36,756 nt of DNA from Stramenopiles sp. TOSAG23-2 (taxonomy: Eukaryota). Below the pieces are notes generated by a model. That model ran no database searches. It saw only the letters and a program-made list of their open reading frames with translations, and was not told where the DNA came from. The translations under genes were made by a program, and so were the position numbers. Each line of letters opens with the position of its first letter. Position 1 is the first letter of the stretch. The DNA lies in the NCBI GenBank assembly GCA_900128395.1, contig LT649334.1, positions 1-36,756 on the forward strand, read 5' to 3'. Shown here piece after piece: positions 30,178 through 36,756 of this stretch.

Positions 30178-31449
30178 ATGGGAAAACGGCGGAGCTATAT
30201 CATATATGTATGTAAAACGTATAGTAAGAAAACGATGTCTGCATTATCGAACACTAGCAATACACAGGATGCAACGAAACCAACGTTAGTGGAAGGGAGG
30301 AAAATCATTACAATCGATAATTATGAAACAAAATTGCATATAGATGTAGTGAAAAGATTTTTAACGCAAGAGGAGGAAAAAATATTGTATGATGATATAA
30401 TAAATCAAATTCCGTGGTTTAGAGTGAAATATAAATCAAATCGTTTTAAAAATCAATGTACGACTCCATGTTGGACGAATTTTTACGGTGGATACAAAGA
30501 TTTGAAACAGTACAAAGTTATTCCTTCTTTTTTAAATCCGATAATAGAAAAAGTAAGCAAAGCATGCAACAACGCGAAGTTCAACTCAATCCTAATTAGA
30601 TTATATTTTGACGGGAATGATAATATTGCATGGCATACAGATGGTCGAACGTTTTTAGGAAAGACACCAACAATTGGATCCTTATCATTAGGACACCGTG
30701 CTACATTTGAAATGAGAAAGATGACAAATGTATGGCCATGCAGTGGTGGAAAGGATAATGGAATTGATACTAAAGTTCCGATAAAAAAATTTATTTGTGA
30801 AGGTGGTGATCTTTTAGTAATGAGAAACACAACACAACAAGCATGGCATCATAGAGTACCAAAAGAATCATATAGACGACCACGTATCAATATTAATTTT
30901 AGATACATATTGCCAAATCGATCTGATACAGAACGTGGACAATTTTCGTATTATAAATACATGGTTTATGGGGATGAAGAAAACCCATCTGGTATATATT
31001 ATCGTGATATTGTAAATAATAATAATAATAATAATAGAAATGTTTCATTAAAAGAATTATGGCGCAGCAGTAATAATAATAATAATAACAATAGCGTAAA
31101 AAATAAAAATAATTATCATGTCATTCAAGCAGGTGGAGGAAAAATGTCATCATCTTCACAAGCATTATTGGCTACTAGCACAAAGAAAAAAATGACTACA
31201 TGGACTTGCAATAAATGTACACTTATAAATAAAGGATCAGTGAATGTGTGTGCTGTATGTTTTTTTGCCAAGGACAGCAATAATATCAACAACAGCAACA
31301 ACAAAAGAACTGCTAATTTGTTGTCTGAATCAGCATCGTCAAGAAGAAAGAAAAAGAAACAGCATGTAAAAAGTAATAACTCCAAGAAAAATGGTACGAA
31401 TCGTACTAAAAATATTGCATCTTTCTTTACCATGGAAAAAAAAAATTGA
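30178..31449 (+). CDS. AlkB-family 2OG-Fe(II) dioxygenase (ALKBH2/3-like) with RanBP2-type zinc finger
   Basis: FNSILIRLYFDGNDNIAWHTD (HxD), IGSLSLG, GDLLVM...QQAWHHRVPK, RININFR; WTCNKCTLIN....VCAVC. The start may be ATG 30178 or 30235. Confidence 0.92.
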   Translation: MGKRRSYIIYVCKTYSKKTMSALSNTSNTQDATKPTLVEGRKIITIDNYETKLHIDVVKRFLTQEEEKILYDDIINQIPWFRVKYKSNRFKNQCTTPCWTNFYGGYKDLKQYKVIPSFLNPIIEKVSKACNNAKFNSILIRLYFDGNDNIAWHTDGRTFLGKTPTIGSLSLGHRATFEMRKMTNVWPCSGGKDNGIDTKVPIKKFICEGGDLLVMRNTTQQAWHHRVPKESYRRPRININFRYILPNRSDTERGQFSYYKYMVYGDEENPSGIYYRDIVNNNNNNNRNVSLKELWRSSNNNNNNNSVKNKNNYHVIQAGGGKMSSSSQALLATSTKKKMTTWTCNKCTLINKGSVNVCAVCFFAKDSNNINNSNNKRTANLLSESASSRRKKKKQHVKSNNSKKNGTNRTKNIASFFTMEKKN

Positions 31450-31526
31450 AATATTAATAGTATGATGTACATAAAATATATAATACATATATATATTATA
31501 TTATATTTTAAATATTTACGATTCAT

Positions 31527-31628
31527 TGTTACGATTCATTGTCCATCTTTCAGTTTAGTGAGATAGATTTGTCTCAGTTATTGTATTCTTTCTGGGAGAG
31601 TATAGGAATTATCGTGAGTAAATTAAAA
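31527..31628 (-). repeat. 102-bp dispersed repeat, copy 2 (inverted), with a 13-bp terminal tandem duplication
   Basis: Exact reverse complement of 14302-14403; ttacgattcattg occurs twice in tandem at 31516-31541. Confidence 0.97.
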
Positions 31629-31692
31629 AATACGACTCGTACGTAAGTTATGCATTATAAAAAATATAAAAAAATATATTTTAATATTTTTG

Positions 31693-34581
31693 CTAAAATC
31701 GAAATCCCATTTTTCTTGCTAACTCCTCGCATTCACTTTGCAATTGTAAGGAGCCACACTCTTGATAAATTTGTCGCAATCGATTACCATCACCTAATTT
31801 GTATGCAAGTTGCATGGCCATTTCCCATTTGCCAATTTTTTCATATAAATCTAAGCGTTCTCCATCCTTTTTCACCATTTGTATATAATGCAATGCCTCT
31901 CCTTCCTCATTCTTTGCGATACATACATTTGCGAATGGTACATATCCAATTGGCGATCTACGTTCCGCAGCAAAACGTCTCAATTCTACCCATTCCCCAC
32001 GTTCAGACAACGCTTGTAATTTAATATACCAAAATCGTCGATCGCTTACTTTAAAATCGTTTTTCATTTTGATTGCCATTTTTGTAAATTCTGGAGTCCC
32101 TAATTTTAATATTTTTTTCATAGTTTCTGTTAATGATATATTTATAAATGTTCCACGACCAAATGTTTTCTCTAAATCAGCTTGTAATGCTAGTAAATTG
32201 CGATGCTCAGCAGAGGTGCTGGCGAAAAAATAGGCTGATTTATCTGCATTACCATTGATGTTATTACTGTTGCTACTGTTATTTGAATTACCGATACCAC
32301 CTAATATTGATGCAGGGCCTGAATTGTATGATGATTGCTTAGCTGCAACTGCATACATTTCTGTACAAACATTCATACCATCTAAACGCCTTGATATAGG
32401 TTCTCGACTGTATGATAACTTTGCCATTAGATTTGCCGCCTTTGTTCGCTGTTCGGTATAATCATATAATTTTGCTAGAAACCCATCAAAAATACCACTT
32501 TCACCTACTGCAACATTATTATTATTATTATATTCTGGTGACATAGTATCATTGCCCATTACTTTCTGCGCACGGCGTTTACGCCATTGCGTACGATTTA
32601 AATAGGATTCTAATAATGTACATGCATTTGGAACTCGAACAATTAAATTCAAAAATTCTTCCTCACTATCACGTTTTGCTTGTTCACTTTTATCACGTGG
32701 CAACATAGTGCCTTTAATTGCAAACAAAGTTTTAAATACAATATTTGCATCATTAGATTCGATAGCACTCACCAATGCTTTTTCATATTGTTGCAATTCA
32801 AAAAACATACTTGTTCGATTACTAGCTTTAGGCTCATGTTCTAACAATTGTGCTGCTAATAATGGTCTATTAGCATGTGCTGCTTGCCTTGCAATTTTTC
32901 CATAATTTATAAATTTACCCTTTTTCAGTTGGTTTTGTAAATTATTGCAAAGTTCGGTATCATTCATATACTTTGGAGCTAATTGTATTTTCACACATGC
33001 CCAATGTATTAAAACGGGAGAGATATCTATGCCTTTGTCACGACAAATTTGCACGGCTAAACGATGTAAATGGCGTCGTGTCAATCGTTTCACTGTGTGA
33101 CCATATCCACAATGACGCAGTTGTGTATCAGTCATTGGTATCGCAATATCTACTTCTCGCAATGAATGCAATAATCTTAATCTTCGAGCAACGGTTGGTA
33201 TGGTATCATAAAAATGATACCCAGAACCTAAGCAAAAACCATAACCATATGATGCAGCTTTTAAAACATCCGCCGCTGTGAATGTGGAATCTTCTGGAAA
33301 ATCCGAACGTGCAACGATTAGTAAATCAGATACAGCTTCTTGTAACTTTCCATCTTCCTCCAAGGCACGTATGGAATCATCCACGCGAGATTCATTATTT
33401 TCATCAGCTTGCCATGCCTCAAACAAAATAGCAGGCGGGTCAGTTGAACCAGCTTCAAATGTTTTAGTCAATTTATCAGAACATTTCATAATAACTTCAT
33501 ATCGACTTGCAGTAAGCACGCGGCAACAATCAATCTCTTGTACTATATGAAATGGCTCACTAGTCTCTTCATCTTGTACCCACTCTTCCGTTGGACCTAC
33601 CATTAATAAGCCAAATTTCCTCCAATATAACATCACTGCGTCTGGACCTACCCATGCCATCTGACGTGGTACATTGATTGATTTCGTATCCATTTGCATT
33701 GCCAAACGTTCTTTTAAATTTTCTTTTAAAACTATCAAGCTACCATCGCTACACCAACATGCAACTAAGCCACCATTTGGAATCACAGCCATTTTCATCA
33801 CCGCACCTGGTAACAGCGATTGTAAATTTAAATCTGTAATATCCACATCATTGACAAGTAAAATTGACATATCCGACGTACCAAATAATACTCTGACGGG
33901 ATCCTCTTCTTCATTGGTATTCAATACCGTCATACACGTTATGCTACGTTTGGACATACCACGTTGATCTATAAAAAGAGAATGCCTACCAAGCATGCAG
34001 ACATCATCCATAGTAGCAGTTGCTACATCCTCTATCATTAAAACTCTACCTGATTCACATAAAACTACTAAACCAGTAATAAACGAATCACTGACTTGTA
34101 ATGCATCATTATTATCAAAATTGTTATTTATATTTCCACTGAAATTACCACTGTTATTATCAACGCATGTACGATGAAATGGACAAAAATTTAACACGCG
34201 ATCATCACTGGATATGGACAATATTTCGAAAACACTTGGCCCAGCTCCTTGCATATTATAGATCAAGATAGCTCCTTGCTTGGACAATAATACAATTTCT
34301 TCAGCACTAGTCCAAAACATCCCTTCCGGTACAAGGGTAACATGTTCTGGTATATTTCCACTACCAATTTTTTTACCAGATGGCGAATATATATCTAACG
34401 TCGAAGTACCAGCAAAACTTGATATTTGGCTTGTATCTTTTGTAACAGCAATTGGTCCACCATATGGTGCAATTGCAATAATATGTGTATTAAACATATT
34501 ATTTGTTATCTCCCATTCTAAATTTTCATATACAGTTTTTTTCATAAATTGATTCTCCCCTAGGTGAAAATCACTCTCCAT
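31693..34581 (-). CDS. VPS16: Vacuolar protein sorting 16 (HOPS/CORVET core), 962 aa
   Basis: APYGGPIAV, EIDCCRV, GSTDPPAILFEA, LKAASYG, HWACVKI, LLEHEP, FKVSDRRFWYIKL, RSPIGYVPF. Confidence 0.97.
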   Translation of the reverse strand: MESDFHLGENQFMKKTVYENLEWEITNNMFNTHIIAIAPYGGPIAVTKDTSQISSFAGTSTLDIYSPSGKKIGSGNIPEHVTLVPEGMFWTSAEEIVLLSKQGAILIYNMQGAGPSVFEILSISSDDRVLNFCPFHRTCVDNNSGNFSGNINNNFDNNDALQVSDSFITGLVVLCESGRVLMIEDVATATMDDVCMLGRHSLFIDQRGMSKRSITCMTVLNTNEEEDPVRVLFGTSDMSILLVNDVDITDLNLQSLLPGAVMKMAVIPNGGLVACWCSDGSLIVLKENLKERLAMQMDTKSINVPRQMAWVGPDAVMLYWRKFGLLMVGPTEEWVQDEETSEPFHIVQEIDCCRVLTASRYEVIMKCSDKLTKTFEAGSTDPPAILFEAWQADENNESRVDDSIRALEEDGKLQEAVSDLLIVARSDFPEDSTFTAADVLKAASYGYGFCLGSGYHFYDTIPTVARRLRLLHSLREVDIAIPMTDTQLRHCGYGHTVKRLTRRHLHRLAVQICRDKGIDISPVLIHWACVKIQLAPKYMNDTELCNNLQNQLKKGKFINYGKIARQAAHANRPLLAAQLLEHEPKASNRTSMFFELQQYEKALVSAIESNDANIVFKTLFAIKGTMLPRDKSEQAKRDSEEEFLNLIVRVPNACTLLESYLNRTQWRKRRAQKVMGNDTMSPEYNNNNNVAVGESGIFDGFLAKLYDYTEQRTKAANLMAKLSYSREPISRRLDGMNVCTEMYAVAAKQSSYNSGPASILGGIGNSNNSSNSNNINGNADKSAYFFASTSAEHRNLLALQADLEKTFGRGTFINISLTETMKKILKLGTPEFTKMAIKMKNDFKVSDRRFWYIKLQALSERGEWVELRRFAAERRSPIGYVPFANVCIAKNEEGEALHYIQMVKKDGERLDLYEKIGKWEMAMQLAYKLGDGNRLRQIYQECGSLQLQSECEELARKMGFRF

Positions 34582-35064
34582 GTTTAATATTATTACAATA
34601 ATATAGACAAAAAAGATGTATTACTATGACAACTATTATTACGATTTGATGATGTTATTAATTTATAATATGTATCTACAACAGATTCTTCTTTCTTTTA
34701 TCAATTTTAATAATAAATATATAATCTTCTTCTTCATTAAAAAAATTAATTTATTATATAGTATTTTTTTAATATTAAAGACGACAAGAAGACGACAAGT
34801 GCCTCTCTATTTTTTTTTTGTTTTTTTGTTTTTTTAGGTCAAAATTATTTAAGGTATTAATACCTGGTATTATTATTATTTATTATTGGTGAAAAAAAGA
34901 AAAAAATGATGTGTGAAAATAAAAAAATACAAAAGAATAATACGAGGATGTGCATCAACATGTCAGACGACGCAGACTATGTGTGATATATTTTAAATAA
35001 ATATACACACCATATTATATTTTTATACACATCCTCCCACGTTTTTGCACACACTTTTATCACA

Positions 35065-35787
35065 TTAGCATTTCCTGCGGCTTTTGCTAAAACTCATTGC
35101 AGTTCCAATACGTCTAGCTTTCCATGTTTTACCATATTTTTTTGCAATAAATTCTAATGCTTCGTCATCAGCTTCACAACAACCGACTGAACTAGCTGCA
35201 CAAGCATAATCATGTGTGCGACATGCACAATCTACTTTATCAATACAAGGATAAAATGCTGATTTATGTTGTTGCACATATTCTTTAGCAGATATATATT
35301 CACCACCAGTCCATCCAGGACCACACCAGTTACCATACCATTTAAAATTATCAAAATAATCAATCATGTCAGCATTGTCTTCAAAATCATCTTCATCATT
35401 ATATGTTGGTGCGTTACGATAGGTAAAGCCATTACTATCATATTGATTATTTTCATAATACTCTTCTTCATTATCCCCATAATACCCTTCATCATCACCT
35501 ATGTCAAATTGGCCTTCATCTTGCGTGAGTCTGCTGGGACAAAGCTTCGCTAATTTACAAGATGTCTCTGGATGCTTTGTAATCATCCAAGTACATAATT
35601 TTGCACAAGTTCCAGGGAAAATATCTAACTTTTCACATTGAAACTTGCAAACTCGACTACCAGCTAAAGGACCAAGCTTTTTACATGCTACACATTTTAA
35701 ATGTGATACGAACCCAGCTTTTGTAGTTGTAAATAGACAACTACATATGATTGCAATACATATGCATATTATTATTATCTTTTTCAT
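35065..35787 (-). CDS. Secreted protein: signal peptide + compact saposin-like Cys domain + acidic linker + secretory phospholipase A2 domain, 240 aa
   Basis: ATG 35787 (MKKIIIICICIAIICSCLFTTTKA signal). CVAC...C..C...PETSCKLAKLC; Ca-loop YGNWCGPG; catalytic DCACRTHD; downstream CCEAD..L. Confidence 0.85.
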   Translation of the reverse strand: MKKIIIICICIAIICSCLFTTTKAGFVSHLKCVACKKLGPLAGSRVCKFQCEKLDIFPGTCAKLCTWMITKHPETSCKLAKLCPSRLTQDEGQFDIGDDEGYYGDNEEEYYENNQYDSNGFTYRNAPTYNDEDDFEDNADMIDYFDNFKWYGNWCGPGWTGGEYISAKEYVQQHKSAFYPCIDKVDCACRTHDYACAASSVGCCEADDEALEFIAKKYGKTWKARRIGTAMSFSKSRRKC

Positions 35788-36536
35788 TCCTCTCCTATTG
35801 ACTACTTTAAGTATTATCTTGGTTTCTATCTTAAAATATGTTTTTTTGTTCCTCAATATACAGTATTTGTCTCTCTGTCTCTCTTGACCGATTTTTTTCT
35901 TTTTCCCTTCCAGGTTTAGCTATTATAATGCCTGGATAACTATGTGATCTATAATCTTTAGCAGCTGATGCTGAAACAATTATTTTTTTTTTTTACTACA
36001 AAAAAAGTGACAAAATATAGTCGTCTGCCGGTCTGCGTTAGAGAGGATCCTCTCTAGTCTCTAGTCTGCGTTCCCGACGAATTCATCTCAACGCTATTAC
36101 CCTGCTAGCGATTTTTAATCGCCAGATTTCTTCTGGATTTAATAATTTTTTATTTTTCCAGCATGGCAATAGCATTGAAAAACCTTAATTATTAAATCCG
36201 AGATTACATTTTTTAGCAGGTTTTTTTGTCAAGGCAAAATCCTTAAAAACCACCATTTTTGCTAGAGTTTTTGCTAGGATGATTATGTTACTGTAACAAC
36301 TACGGTAGGAGATACATCAGTAACAATGTTATTTCTATGATACAGAATTTGTGAAATATAATAAGCAACTATTATTTTTTATCTGCATCATCTTTCTGTC
36401 AAGCAGATAAAATAAAAAACTCATAATACTATTCCCATAGTAGCAATTTAAAAAAAAATAAAATAAAATAATACTAAATCCCTGCCAAGTGTGATACTTG
36501 AAAAAATAACACAAGATAGTATTGAAAATACGTACG

Positions 36537-36756
36537 ATGAACGAAACGATAGCAACGTTGACCAATACTACATTACTACATGAAGTACTAAATGATGAAC
36601 GAATTCAGAGGCGTATGCTTGAAATAATTGAAGAAAAGAAAACAGCTAGCACTATTGATAACACTACTTTCAATAGGGAACCCAATCGTACCGTCGAATA
36701 CAAAAAGTTATACTTACAGCCGGACGAAGAAAAGAGACGAAGTGGCAGTAATAATT
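36537..36756 (+). CDS. 5' part of an unidentified gene running off the window (MNETIATLTNTTLLHEVLNDERIQRRMLEIIEEKK...)
   Basis: ATG 36537 opens 73 stop-free codons to the edge with coding-like composition; divergent from the PLA2 gene at a spacing similar to the other pairs. Not in the ORF track, presumably because no stop lies in the window. Confidence 0.65.
   Translation, partial: MNETIATLTNTTLLHEVLNDERIQRRMLEIIEEKKTASTIDNTTFNREPNRTVEYKKLYLQPDEEKRRSGSNN

Noticed and set aside
31014-31095. Poly-Asn (AAT)n tracts in the AlkB gene and Asn-rich inserts in VPS16
   Set aside because: Ordinary slippage-derived low complexity for an AT-rich protist genome.
14302-31628. A 17.3-kb composite transposon or Polinton-like element bounded by the 102-bp inverted repeats
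   Set aside because: No target-site duplication at the outer ends, and no transposase, integrase, polymerase or capsid inside. The cargo includes housekeeping genes (NDUFS3, SF3B5) with the same style as the flanks.
514-35787. Alternative genetic code or stop-codon readthrough
   Set aside because: Long ORFs are intact under the standard code, and TAA, TAG and TGA all occur as terminators, with TAA and TAG at the expected C-termini of NDUFS3, SF3B5 and VPS16.

Overview
An AT-rich, gene-dense eukaryotic window, most likely from a flagellated protist (lineage is inference; a heterotrophic marine stramenopile-like genome is plausible but unproven). It uses the standard code, and ORFs up to 7.4 kb are uninterrupted, so no introns are needed. 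Eleven complete genes plus probable partial genes at both edges lie mostly in alternating divergent/convergent pairs: a PH + multi-IQ + coiled-coil protein; a degenerate NACHT-like + WDR49-like WD40 protein; a Zn-knuckle + divergent SET protein; RING-coiled coil-WD40; nuclear NDUFS3 (nad9) with presequence; SF3B5; a large Cys-rich multi-pass surface protein; an SFI1-like protein; an AlkB-family dioxygenase with RanBP2-type zinc finger; VPS16; and a secreted saposin-like + phospholipase A2 fusion. The most notable non-coding signals are a 102-bp perfectly identical inverted repeat 17 kb apart (14302-14403 / 31527-31628), TACGA..TCGTA palindromes between convergent gene ends, (TA)n tracts 18-28 nt before four start codons, and mirrored GAAAGC repeats in a bidirectional promoter. 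No tRNA, rRNA, CRISPR array or transposase was recognised. I see several novel-looking parts, but no multi-gene system that the sequence alone can demonstrate.
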